Origin: an uncultured Bacteroidales bacterium
GTDB taxonomy: Bacteria; Bacillota_I; Bacilli_A; ML615J-28; CAG-698
DNA length: 62,397 nt
Assembly (NCBI GenBank): GCA_964411675.1
Contig: CAYPLR010000005.1
Span: 1 to 62,397 of the forward strand
Reading direction: 5' to 3'
Each line of letters begins with the position of its first letter. Position 1 is the stretch's first letter. Positions 46,320 through 55,727 of this stretch are shown here, in pieces. Position numbers and translations under genes: made by a program. The notes beneath the pieces were generated by a model that worked only from the letters and a program-made list of their open reading frames with translations, was not told the origin of the DNA and searched no databases.

Positions 46320-46781
46320 GCTTGTTTTTTCTAATGCAGAACCGATTTTCTTTGCGATTTCTTCTAAAAATATTTGATCAGTTTTAGTAAAACGAGAAAA
46401 TCTTGTGCTATCAAGATCGAGAACGCCATAGATATTTTGGTTAACAAAAATAGGAATAACAATTTCAGAATTGGTGGTACTATCACAAGCGATATGATCT
46501 GAAAATTCATGGACATTTCTCACAAGAATCGTTTGTTTTAAAAGAGCACTTTTTCCACAAACACCACGTCCTAAAGGAATATTGGTACAAGCAACTTTAC
46601 CCTGAAAAGGACCTAAAATTAAATTTTGATTTTGCAAAAGGTAGAATCCTACCCAATTGATGCTTGGAAGCGCCATTTTTATAGCTGCTGTTGTATTCGA
46701 TAATAAACTAATGGCATTTGTTTCGTTTTCGTTTAAGGAATGTAACGTGGATAATAAAACTTGATATTTATTTTTTTTCAT
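46314..46781 (-). CDS. msrC: GAF-domain free methionine-(R)-sulfoxide reductase (YtsP-like)
   Basis: NWVGFY, LGPFQGKVAC, GRGVCG, DHIACD, SEIVIP, VLDLDS; start set to ATG 46781. Confidence 0.88.
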   Translation of the reverse strand: MKKNKYQVLLSTLHSLNENETNAISLLSNTTAAIKMALPSINWVGFYLLQNQNLILGPFQGKVACTNIPLGRGVCGKSALLKQTILVRNVHEFSDHIACDSTTNSEIVIPIFVNQNIYGVLDLDSTRFSRFTKTDQIFLEEIAKKIGSALEKTSK

Positions 46782-47028
46782 CAAGAGCACCTTGAATGGC
46801 AAGTGCTAATTGATCAGCACAGCTTGTTAGACGAAGACCACATTTGTTACCTTTTAATAATTTTGCAATATCTTTTGCATCATGACCATTAACTAATTTG
46901 CTGATAGCTAGTAAATTACCAGCACAGCCACTATAAAATTTTAAATTGGTAATTTTTTGGTCATCAGTTAAATCAAACTCAATTTTTTTACTACAGGTAT
47001 TAATCGTATCATAGACAATATGTTTCAT
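46768..47028 (-). CDS. Small stand-alone TSCPD-domain protein (TIGR03905-like)
   Basis: TCSKKI, SGCAGNL.AIS.LV.G, KCG...TSCADQLA. Confidence 0.85.
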   Translation of the reverse strand: MKHIVYDTINTCSKKIEFDLTDDQKITNLKFYSGCAGNLLAISKLVNGHDAKDIAKLLKGNKCGLRLTSCADQLALAIQGALDEKK

Positions 47029-47145
47029 AATTTCACCATCATTTTAATTTATTGCTAATTTTATCATAATAATGGTAAAAATTCAAGTACGATAAAACTT
47101 TATTTTTAATAGCGAGTGATGTATAATATGAAAAGGTGAAGATTT

Positions 47146-48261
47146 ATGAGATATTTTGATTACATTGCAACAACCCCTATAGATAAAGAAGTATTAGAAA
47201 CATATATAAGGGTACAAGAGAATTACTTTGCAAATACAAGTTCTCTTCATAGTTTAGGGCAAAAAAGTAATGATCTTTTTGAACAAGCAAGCACAGAAAT
47301 AAAAGATTTGTTTCATCTGAAAGAACATCATATTGTTTATACGAACAACGCAACAGAAGCAAACAACTTAGCAATCTATGGAATTGTAAAGAAACACTCT
47401 CGAGGGAAACTAATCACTAGTAAAATAGAACACCCTTCTGTATTTGAAGTCTTTAAGAACTTAGAACAAGAAGGTTATGAGGTTGTTTATTTAGACGTTG
47501 ATGAAAAAGGAATCATTGATACCGAGCAATTACGAAGACAGATTGATAAAAACACGATTTTAGTATCGATTATGTGGATAAATAATATTGTGGGTTCGAT
47601 ACAACCAATCAAAGAGATTATAAAAATTGTTAGAGGGTATCCAAAAACAAAACTACATGTTGATGCAGTTCAAGGAATTGCAAAAATAAATTCTGATTTT
47701 AATTTCAAGGATGTTGATTTGTTTACGATTAGTGCTCATAAGATATATGGTCCAAAGGGAATCGGAGCATTGATTTATAACCAAAATATCGATTTATGTA
47801 AGAGATTGTATGGCTCTAATGCTCAATATGGAGTCAAACCAGGAACAATTGACTTAGCGTCAGTTGTATCATTCTGTAAAGCGCTTAAAAAATATATTCC
47901 ACTAACAGAAGAACATTATCAATATGTATTATCGCTAAATCGGAGATTCCGTAGTCAATTAGAGAATAGAGAAGGAATTATTTTTAATAGTAGTTTAGAA
48001 GCAAGTCCTTATATTATCAATATTTCTCTTCCTCATGTGAATGGGGAAACAATAGTACATATTCTTGAAAAAAAAGAGATTTATGTATCAACGGGATCAG
48101 CTTGTTCTTCTAAATTAAGGAAGCCTGAGAAGACAGTTTATAATATGACTAAATCTGAGTTGCTAGCAACAACAACAATTAGAATAGGTTTGTCGCATCT
48201 ACTATCACAAGCGGATGTAGATTATTTGGCTCAAGAAATAGGAGAAATTGCCGATGTATGA
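47146..48261 (+). CDS. iscS: Cysteine desulfurase (IscS2/NifZ-like)
   Basis: SKIEHPSV, HVDAVQ, SAHKIYGPKG (PLP Lys), STGSACSS (catalytic Cys); upstream of thiI. Confidence 0.9.
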   Translation: MRYFDYIATTPIDKEVLETYIRVQENYFANTSSLHSLGQKSNDLFEQASTEIKDLFHLKEHHIVYTNNATEANNLAIYGIVKKHSRGKLITSKIEHPSVFEVFKNLEQEGYEVVYLDVDEKGIIDTEQLRRQIDKNTILVSIMWINNIVGSIQPIKEIIKIVRGYPKTKLHVDAVQGIAKINSDFNFKDVDLFTISAHKIYGPKGIGALIYNQNIDLCKRLYGSNAQYGVKPGTIDLASVVSFCKALKKYIPLTEEHYQYVLSLNRRFRSQLENREGIIFNSSLEASPYIINISLPHVNGETIVHILEKKEIYVSTGSACSSKLRKPEKTVYNMTKSELLATTTIRIGLSHLLSQADVDYLAQEIGEIADV

Positions 48262-49471
48262 TTTAATTATGGTTAGATATGGAGAAATGACGTTAAAAAA
48301 GAAAAATTATCGTCAATTTTTAAATAAAATTGTTGAAAATATAGTCAACAAATGTAAAATTTATTCTGAATTAACGTTTAGAAAAACAGATTATCGTTTT
48401 TATATCAATTTAAATGGGGTTGATTATAATAAAGTGATTGATATTCTAGACACAGTTGTAGGGCTTTGGTCTTATAGTCTATGTAAAAAGACAGAACCAA
48501 ACTATGATAGTATTGCCGAGGAAGCAATAAAATTGATTCAAGAGGAATCTTACGGCTCACAAAAGACATTTAAAGTAGCAACAAATCGAGGGAACAAATC
48601 GTTTCCAGCAACTTCTATTGAGATATCACAAGAGATTGCTCGCCGCATTTTACCAAATATTGAGGGACTAAAGGTTGATGTTCATAATCCCGAGATTGTG
48701 TTAAATGTGGATTTACGTTATGAAGGTACCTATATATTCTTAAAGACAATAAAAGGATTAGGGGGCTATCCTTCTGGAATTGCTGGTAAAGGATTACTGA
48801 TGATGAGTGGAGGAATTGACAGTCCTGTAGCGGGCTTTCTAACCTTGAGAAAAGGAGTAAATTTAACTGCCATTCACTATGCTTCTCCCCCTTATACAAG
48901 TGAAAAAGCATTACAAAAAGTAGTTGATTTGTTAGAGGAATTGGCAAATTATACTACTTGTGGAAACATTACTTTACTTGTTGTACCGTTTACTAAAATT
49001 CAAAATACGATTCATACACAAGCAAACCAAACTTATATGGTAACATTAATGCGCCGTGCTATGTACAAAATTGCCAGTGAGGTTTGTTACAAGCAAAACA
49101 TTGATGTTATTATTAATGGCGAAAGCATTGGTCAAGTTGCTTCACAAACATTGGAAAGTATAAAAGTAGTGAATGAAGTTACTAACATTCCGATTATTCG
49201 TCCATTAGCAACCTATGATAAAGAAGAAATTGTTGAGGTAGCACGAAAAATCAAAACTTATGATATTTCAATTCGACCTTATGAAGATTGCTGTACAGTT
49301 TTTGTTCCTGAACACCCCATTATTAAACCAAGAATTGATCGTGTTGTTTTTGAAGAAAGAAAATGTAATCTTGAACCGCTTATAGCAGAAGCAATTGAAA
49401 ACATAGAAAAAATTGAACTTAATTGTTTTAAAAAATATTCTGTTTATCAAGAAGAGAAATTCGAAATATAA
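48248..49471 (+). CDS. thiI: tRNA 4-thiouridine synthase ThiI (THUMP + PP-loop, no rhodanese domain)
   Basis: VRYGEMTLK, SGGIDSPVA, GESIGQVASQT, RPL, PYEDCC. Confidence 0.95.
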   Translation: MPMYDLIMVRYGEMTLKKKNYRQFLNKIVENIVNKCKIYSELTFRKTDYRFYINLNGVDYNKVIDILDTVVGLWSYSLCKKTEPNYDSIAEEAIKLIQEESYGSQKTFKVATNRGNKSFPATSIEISQEIARRILPNIEGLKVDVHNPEIVLNVDLRYEGTYIFLKTIKGLGGYPSGIAGKGLLMMSGGIDSPVAGFLTLRKGVNLTAIHYASPPYTSEKALQKVVDLLEELANYTTCGNITLLVVPFTKIQNTIHTQANQTYMVTLMRRAMYKIASEVCYKQNIDVIINGESIGQVASQTLESIKVVNEVTNIPIIRPLATYDKEEIVEVARKIKTYDISIRPYEDCCTVFVPEHPIIKPRIDRVVFEERKCNLEPLIAEAIENIEKIELNCFKKYSVYQEEKFEI

Positions 49472-49481
49472 GGAGCTTTTT

Positions 49482-50054
49482 ATGGAAAAAGAAAAAAATA
49501 CAATAGTAAACGAAAAAATTGAATCCACGAATGAAGAACAAGAGAATTTGGAAGCTAAATCAAGAGAAGAGCAAATTGTAAGAAGAATTCATGAATTAGA
49601 TATCATTTTAGAAGGGCTTGAAGATCAATTATACAATCAAGAAATTGCTACACTTGAAGAAACTGAATATAAGAATTACAAGAAAGAATGCAGCGAATTA
49701 CGAAAAGAGTTAAAAGAAATTAAAAAATTAAATAAAAAAGAAGGAACATTAGAAAGTTTACCGATTTGGATACCTATTTATGCTTTAATTATTTGTATTC
49801 TAAGCGCATATCCAATTGTTCCGATGCTTCCGCTTAATTTTATACAAAGCATTTACCCAGCATTGCCAGCTGTATTACAAACAAATTTTATGTTCTATTT
49901 GTTGATGATTAGCTATTCGTTACTATTAATTTTAATTAGCCTTTTCATTTGGCTATATGCCTTTAAAAGCAAAGCAACAAAAAAAATGTTTATGTATGTG
50001 ATGTTTATCCAAATCCTTGTAGCAATAATTTCTTGCTTGGTCGCTTATTTATAA
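49482..50054 (+). CDS. Hypothetical protein: N-terminal coiled coil plus 3 C-terminal TM segments
   Basis: E/K-rich helix then hydrophobic segments; start set to ATG 49482 behind AAGGAG. Confidence 0.6.
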   Translation: MEKEKNTIVNEKIESTNEEQENLEAKSREEQIVRRIHELDIILEGLEDQLYNQEIATLEETEYKNYKKECSELRKELKEIKKLNKKEGTLESLPIWIPIYALIICILSAYPIVPMLPLNFIQSIYPALPAVLQTNFMFYLLMISYSLLLILISLFIWLYAFKSKATKKMFMYVMFIQILVAIISCLVAYL

Positions 50055-50055
50055 T

Positions 50056-50793
50056 ATGAAAAAAATAACATCTGTTAATAATGAGTATATTAAAGAACTT
50101 GTAAGGTTACACGAGAAAAAATATCGTGATGAGCAGAAAAAGTTTATTGTTGAAGGATATCATCTAGTTTCAGAAGCAAAGGGCTTATTAGAAACAGTCT
50201 TAATCGTCGATGAAAAGGACGAGGTAATGGGAATTGAAAATGTCCTGGTTACCAATGAAATTATTAACAAAGTTGGATTCACCAAAACACCACAGCAAAT
50301 CATAGGTGTTTGCCATTATTTTCCTGAATATACATTAATAGGAGAAAGATTTCTTTTACTTGACCATCTTCAAGACCCAGGTAATATAGGAACTTTAGTT
50401 CGTAGTGCGGTAGGTTTTGATATCGATATGATTGTTCTAAGTAATGATAGCGTAGATTTATACAATGATAAATTCATTCGAGCAACACAGGGAGCCTTAT
50501 TTAAGGCTAGGATTATCATAGACCAATTAGAGAAAATCGTTAACGAACTAAAAAAACAGAAAATAAAAATAATAGGAACATCGCTTGAATCTTGCAAAAA
50601 TCTAGAAGAAATTGCAGGAGAAAAGAAATATGCAATTATCTTAGGGAATGAAGCTAGTGGTGTAAGTAAGAACTTATTAGAAATAACCGATGTTAATGTT
50701 AAGATTAAAATAAATCCTGCTTTAGAGTCGTTAAATGTAGGTGTTGCTGGTGGAATCATCATGCATTATTTAGCAGCAAAGCTAGAAAAATAA
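50056..50793 (+). CDS. TrmH/SpoU-family RNA methyltransferase
   Basis: IVEGYHLV, LQDPGNIGTLVRSA, ILGNEASGVS, ESLNVGVA. Confidence 0.9.
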   Translation: MKKITSVNNEYIKELVRLHEKKYRDEQKKFIVEGYHLVSEAKGLLETVLIVDEKDEVMGIENVLVTNEIINKVGFTKTPQQIIGVCHYFPEYTLIGERFLLLDHLQDPGNIGTLVRSAVGFDIDMIVLSNDSVDLYNDKFIRATQGALFKARIIIDQLEKIVNELKKQKIKIIGTSLESCKNLEEIAGEKKYAIILGNEASGVSKNLLEITDVNVKIKINPALESLNVGVAGGIIMHYLAAKLEK

Positions 50794-50810
50794 TTATTTA
50801 GGGAAAATCT

Positions 50811-50838
50811 TTGACTTTTTTTAGATTTGTGATATAAT
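50811..50838 (+). promoter_or_regulatory. Promoter of the rimP-nusA-infB operon
   Basis: TTGACT-16 nt-TATAAT with extended TG. Confidence 0.75.
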
Positions 50839-50861
50839 ATAACTAGAAAGTGTACTAATTG

Positions 50862-50886
50862 AGGAGTGAGGATATCTCACTCCTTT
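50862..50886 (+). promoter_or_regulatory. rimP leader hairpin / weak-U-tract attenuator
   Basis: AGGAGTGAG-GATAT-CTCACTCCT followed by only TT, between promoter and rimP. Confidence 0.65.
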
Positions 50887-50900
50887 AAAAATGGTGTTGT

Positions 50901-51365
50901 ATGGAAATTGTTGAAAAAGCTTTAATCCTTGCTAATAAATGTGCAGAAAAACTGAAACTAAAGATTGTTGAAGTAGAATATGCAAAGGAAAACAATAGGA
51001 ACATTTTACGGATTATTGCGATTGATGACGAGACTTTAGATATCGATCAAGCAACAGATTTGAATAATTTGATTAGTGAGGAATTGGATAAAGAAGACTT
51101 TATTGATGAAGAATATTATCTAGAAGTTTCTTCTCCTGGAATAGAACGAGAGTTAAAAACAGAGGGAGAAATTAGTAAAGCTCAAGATAAGTATGTGTGT
51201 ATAAACACTTATGAAAAAATTGAAGGGCTTAAAGAAATATATGGGTATTTGCGAGAATATCTAAATAAGATTATTAAAGTAGAAACAAACATTAAAGGTA
51301 GAATTAAAACGATAGAAATTCCCTTTGAAAAAATTAGTAAAATAAGATTAGCTGTAAAATTTTAG
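50901..51365 (+). CDS. rimP: Ribosome maturation factor RimP
   Basis: LRII..D...ISEELD...EYYLEVSSPGIEREL; first gene of nusA operon. Confidence 0.93.
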   Translation: MEIVEKALILANKCAEKLKLKIVEVEYAKENNRNILRIIAIDDETLDIDQATDLNNLISEELDKEDFIDEEYYLEVSSPGIERELKTEGEISKAQDKYVCINTYEKIEGLKEIYGYLREYLNKIIKVETNIKGRIKTIEIPFEKISKIRLAVKF

Positions 51366-51374
51366 GAGGATGTT

Positions 51375-52454
51375 ATGATAAGTAAAAACTTTTTTGAATC
51401 GTTAGAAAGTGTAGCGTTTGATCGGGGATTAGATATCCACGATGTTTTGGATAAAGTAGAAATTGCAATCGCTGTTGCTTGTAGAGATACAGAGTACAAA
51501 GGTGAAATAAAAATGGAATGTGATTTCGAAAAGAAGAAAATCAAAGTATATGATTATCGCTATGTTGTTGAAGAATTAACAGAAGGCAATAAAGGGGAAA
51601 TCCTTATAGAAGAGGCACAATTCCTAAAGCCCAAAAGCAAAGTAGGAAGTGTTATTAAAAGAGAAGTTGATTTAAACAAATTTGGAAGAAAATCAGCTAG
51701 TAAATTTAAACAAACCTTGTTAAGTGGATTAAAAGAATTAGAGCGAGAAGAAGCATTCAATTTCTTTAGTGAAAAAATTGGAGAAATTATTAATGTAAAG
51801 ATTATCAATAATGCAAATGGCTTTATTACATTTGCAATTGGTAAGAATAGTGAAGCCACTATGCCTGAAACAGAAGGACTACCAGGCGAAGAATTTGTTG
51901 TTGGTGAAAGCAAAAAAGTATACATTACTAAAGTGGAAAAAACAACAAAAGGCCCAAAGGTGTTCTTAACTCGTTCAAACAAAGAAATCGTAAAAAGATT
52001 GTTTGAACTAACGATCCCAGAAATTGCAGATGGCTCAATTGAAATTATGGGAATTTCTCGTGATCCAGGAAGCAGAACAAAAGTTGGAGTACAATCACTA
52101 AAACCTAATCTAGATCCGAAAGGAGCTTGTGTAGGACAAGGTGGATTGCGTATTAAGAGCATTAATGAAGATCTAAATAATGAAAAAATAGATATATTCA
52201 CATGGAAGGATAATCCAGTTGATTTAATAGCAGAAGCATTACTTCCTGCAAGATCACTAAGCGTAATTGTTGATGAAAAAGCAAAGAAAGCAACAGTGGT
52301 CGTTCGAGATGACCAATATTCACTAGCGATTGGTAAGAATGGGCAAAATGCTCGTTTAGCTGCTTATGCAACTGATTGGCGCATCGATATTAAAAAACTA
52401 TCAGATGCAACCAAAGAAGGTATTGAATTTCAATATAACGTAATTCAAAAATAA
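51375..52454 (+). CDS. nusA: Transcription termination/antitermination factor NusA
   Basis: S1 domain, RDPGSRTKV, GACVGQGG.RI..I, EKIDI, SLAIGKNGQNARLA. Confidence 0.97.
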   Translation: MISKNFFESLESVAFDRGLDIHDVLDKVEIAIAVACRDTEYKGEIKMECDFEKKKIKVYDYRYVVEELTEGNKGEILIEEAQFLKPKSKVGSVIKREVDLNKFGRKSASKFKQTLLSGLKELEREEAFNFFSEKIGEIINVKIINNANGFITFAIGKNSEATMPETEGLPGEEFVVGESKKVYITKVEKTTKGPKVFLTRSNKEIVKRLFELTIPEIADGSIEIMGISRDPGSRTKVGVQSLKPNLDPKGACVGQGGLRIKSINEDLNNEKIDIFTWKDNPVDLIAEALLPARSLSVIVDEKAKKATVVVRDDQYSLAIGKNGQNARLAAYATDWRIDIKKLSDATKEGIEFQYNVIQK

Positions 52455-52465
52455 GGAGGTGTAGT

Positions 52466-52744
52466 ATGAACAAAACTAAAAAAGTTCCACTTAGAAAATG
52501 CGTTGCAACTAATGAACAATATCCAAAGAAAGAGATGTTTAGAATTGTTCGCACACCTGAGGGAAATGTTATTCTTGATGAGAAAGGCAAGGCAAATGGT
52601 CGCGGAGCCTATCTTAGTAAAAATGTAGAGGCCATTACACAAGCAAAGAAAAAGAAAATACTTGATAAACATTTAGAAGTTGTAGTCCCTGAAGAAATCT
52701 ATGAACTTTTACTATCAAAGTTAGGTGGTACTGGTGACGAATGA
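52466..52744 (+). CDS. ylxR: YlxR (DUF448, RnpM-like) RNA-binding protein
   Basis: PLRKCV, EMFRIVR, GRGAYL. Confidence 0.93.
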   Translation: MNKTKKVPLRKCVATNEQYPKKEMFRIVRTPEGNVILDEKGKANGRGAYLSKNVEAITQAKKKKILDKHLEVVVPEEIYELLLSKLGGTGDE

Positions 52745-53060
52745 TGAAAGAGTGTTAAATTTATTAGGATTGGCGTATAAAGCACGTAAAGTTATTACGG
52801 GAGAAGAAAATGTAATAAAACTTCTTCAGAATCAGAAAGCAAAGATTGTTTTTGTGGCTAGTGACGCTTCAAGTAGAACGATAGACAATTTTAAAAGAAA
52901 ATGTTTTTTCTATAAAGTAAACGTTAATTTTAGTTTTAATACGGAAAAATTGACAAAGGCACTGGGAAAAACATTAGTAAAAATATTGGCGATTACTGAC
53001 CAAGGATTTTATGAATCTTTGCAAGGACTTTTAGAACGAGGTGATAATTATGAAAGTTAA
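52725..53060 (+). CDS. ylxQ: L7Ae-family protein YlxQ
   Basis: [37 protein letters not shown]. Confidence 0.9.
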   Translation: MVLVTNDERVLNLLGLAYKARKVITGEENVIKLLQNQKAKIVFVASDASSRTIDNFKRKCFFYKVNVNFSFNTEKLTKALGKTLVKILAITDQGFYESLQGLLERGDNYES

Positions 53061-55353
53061 AGATATATTAGAGATATTAAAAATTCCTCAAGAAAAATTA
53101 TTGAAGGATTTAAGCAACATTGATATTGAAGCTGATTTAGAAACAGATATACCAAGTGATGTTGTTAAGAAACTGAGTAAGAGATATGGGGTAGAGCTTA
53201 AACCAATAAAAGCAAAAAAAGAGTCGGTGGTTAAGATTGCAACATCAGAGGAAAAACCAGCCGAAAAAGAGAAAATCGAAGAGAAACCAGCGGAAGAAAA
53301 GTTGGTTGAAGTAAAAGAAGAAAGCAAACCTGAAGTAAAAGAACAACCTGTTATAGTAGAAGAGGCCAGCGAAAAGAAAAAGGTTACTAAAAAACAAGAA
53401 ACACAAAAACAAGCACCTATTGTAGAAGTAGAAGATCAAGGAAAAAAAACCACTTCTGAAATCGATGTAGAATTAACTAGAGTTTATGATGATTCCTATA
53501 ATGATTATGTTCAAGAAACAAAAGAATACACGCGATTAAAAAATATTAAAAAGAAACAAAAAAATCGTCAACAAGGACGTCAAAGTAATATTGAGGAAAA
53601 AAAAGAAAAAGCAAATGTATTATATTTTATTCCCGGTATGACTGTTGCTCAAATAGCTGATGGTCTTGGCTTAGGATATAGTGAAATTGTTCGTAAATTA
53701 ATTGATCTTGGATTTATGGTTTCAGCAACTCAATCTATCGATCGAGATGTTGTGGAATTATTAGCAGAAGATTCTGGATTTACATTAAAGAATAAAGTTT
53801 CTGAAGATATTACTAAATTTGAAGAAATTGTAATTGAAGATGAGGAAGAAACATTAATACCACGCCCAGCAATTGTTACAATCATGGGACATGTTGACCA
53901 TGGAAAAACTACTTTACTAGATACTATACGTAATACCAAAGTGGTTGCTGGCGAAGCGGGAGGAATTACACAACATATTGGTGCTTATCAAGTAAAGAAA
54001 AAAGGTAAAATAATAACATTCATTGACACTCCTGGCCATGCTGCATTTACAGAAATGCGAGCACGAGGCGCTCAATTAACCGATATCGTTATCTTGGTTG
54101 TTGCTGCCGATGATGGAGTTATGCCACAAACTAAAGAAGCAATCGAGCATGCCCAAGCAGCAAATGTACCAATCATTGTTGCTATTAATAAAATGGACAA
54201 GCCGTCAGCAAATCCTGAACGGGTAAAACAAGAGTTAACAGCCTATAATCTTATTCCAGAAGAATGGGGTGGATCAACAATCTTTGTTCCGATTTCTGCC
54301 TTAACTGGAAAAGGAGTAGATGATTTATTAGAAATGGTTGTTTTAACAGCTGATATTGAGAATTATCGCGCAAATCCGAATCGCCTTGGAATTGGAATCG
54401 TTATTGAAGCTAAGTTAGACAAAGGCCGCGGACCTGTTGCAACATTCCTTGTAAAGAACGGAACCATTAAAGTTGGAGATCCAATTGTTGTAGGAAATAC
54501 ATATGGTAAAATTAGAGCTATGCAAGATGAGACCAAAGCTAGTTTAAAATCAGCAGGTCCATCAAAAGCAGTTGAGGTTACGGGATTAGTTGATGTTCCT
54601 CAAGCAGGTGATAGTTTTATGGTATTTGAAGATGAAAGAACAACAAGATTAATTAGTGAAGAACGTAGTAGCCGTGCTTTCGATATTGAAATGGGTGTAG
54701 GTAAAGAAATTAATCTAAAGACTATTTTCGATAAGCTAGATGATTCACAAAAAGAATTAAATTTAATCATTAAAGGCGATGTTCAAGGTTCTATTGAGGC
54801 TTTACGTAATTCATTAGAAAAAGTAGAAGTTGAAGGTGTGAAAATAAATGTTGTTCGTGGTGGTGTAGGAGCCATTACAGAAACAGATATTACTTTAGCG
54901 GTTGCTTCTAGTGCAATTATCATTGGATTCAACATTCGTCCAAATGCAGCAACGTTTAAATTAGCAAGCGAAAAGAAAATTGAAATTAGATTATATAATA
55001 TTATTTATAAAGTCTTAGAAGATATTCAAGCAGCAATGGTTGGTATGCTTGATCCGGTGTTTGAAGAAAAGATTACTGGAGAAGCAGAAATAAGAACAAT
55101 CTTTAAAGCTTCAAAAGTTGGAACCATCGCAGGATGTTATGTAACGAATGGATATATCACACGAAATTCTGATATTCGTTTAATTAGAGATAGTATTGTA
55201 ATATATGAAGGAAAACTTTCATCATTAAAGAGATTTAAAGATGATGTAAAAGAAGTGAAACTTGGTTACGAATGTGGAATGACAATAGAAAACTATAATG
55301 ATATCAAGGAAGGCGATATCATTGAAGCTTATATTATGGAAAAGGTAAAGTAA
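53050..55353 (+). CDS. infB: Translation initiation factor IF-2
   Basis: [31 protein letters not shown]; start set to ATG 53050. Confidence 0.98.
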   Translation: MKVKDILEILKIPQEKLLKDLSNIDIEADLETDIPSDVVKKLSKRYGVELKPIKAKKESVVKIATSEEKPAEKEKIEEKPAEEKLVEVKEESKPEVKEQPVIVEEASEKKKVTKKQETQKQAPIVEVEDQGKKTTSEIDVELTRVYDDSYNDYVQETKEYTRLKNIKKKQKNRQQGRQSNIEEKKEKANVLYFIPGMTVAQIADGLGLGYSEIVRKLIDLGFMVSATQSIDRDVVELLAEDSGFTLKNKVSEDITKFEEIVIEDEEETLIPRPAIVTIMGHVDHGKTTLLDTIRNTKVVAGEAGGITQHIGAYQVKKKGKIITFIDTPGHAAFTEMRARGAQLTDIVILVVAADDGVMPQTKEAIEHAQAANVPIIVAINKMDKPSANPERVKQELTAYNLIPEEWGGSTIFVPISALTGKGVDDLLEMVVLTADIENYRANPNRLGIGIVIEAKLDKGRGPVATFLVKNGTIKVGDPIVVGNTYGKIRAMQDETKASLKSAGPSKAVEVTGLVDVPQAGDSFMVFEDERTTRLISEERSSRAFDIEMGVGKEINLKTIFDKLDDSQKELNLIIKGDVQGSIEALRNSLEKVEVEGVKINVVRGGVGAITETDITLAVASSAIIIGFNIRPNAATFKLASEKKIEIRLYNIIYKVLEDIQAAMVGMLDPVFEEKITGEAEIRTIFKASKVGTIAGCYVTNGYITRNSDIRLIRDSIVIYEGKLSSLKRFKDDVKEVKLGYECGMTIENYNDIKEGDIIEAYIMEKVK

Positions 55354-55355
55354 AA

Positions 55356-55685
55356 ATGAAACATCGTCAAGTTAGATTGGAAAAAATTATTGAGAGGGAA
55401 TTAGGTCGGATACTCTTAACAGAAGTAAAAGATGAACGATTACGATATGTTACTATTTTTAGAGTTGATTTGAATAACGATTATTCTGTTGCGAATGTCT
55501 ATTTTTCAGTAATGGGTAGCGAAGAGCAAAAACAGTCTACTGCAAGAGTATTAGAAGAAGCCAAAGGATTCATAAGAAGTTCTTTAGGAAAAGTTCTAGA
55601 AATTAGAAAAGTTCCAGAACTACGATTTAAGTACGATAAGTACGGAGAAAAAATCGAAGACATTCTACAAGGCTTGAAAAAATAG
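55356..55685 (+). CDS. rbfA: Ribosome-binding factor A
   Basis: KDERL..VTI.RVDL..DYSVANVY, KGFIRS.LG..L..RKVPELRF.YD. Confidence 0.95.
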   Translation: MKHRQVRLEKIIERELGRILLTEVKDERLRYVTIFRVDLNNDYSVANVYFSVMGSEEQKQSTARVLEEAKGFIRSSLGKVLEIRKVPELRFKYDKYGEKIEDILQGLKK

Positions 55686-55705
55686 CCACTAGTGGCTATT
55701 TTTTT
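55677..55705 (+). terminator. Intrinsic terminator after rbfA
   Basis: AAAAAATAGCCA-CTAG-TGGCTATTTTTTT. Confidence 0.8.
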
Positions 55706-55727
55706 AGATGAGGGGGAGGTGAATAAT

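Noticed and set aside
51560-52201. 213-aa antisense ORF within nusA, and the other short antisense or nested ORFs in the track (e.g. 18122-18568, 22905-23384, 50370-50762)
   Set aside because: Shadow frames of well-supported genes; Ser/Ile/Phe-rich composition, no SD and no motifs
53246-53345. EEKPAE repeat in the IF-2 N-terminus
   Set aside because: A short low-complexity duplication typical of the variable IF-2 linker
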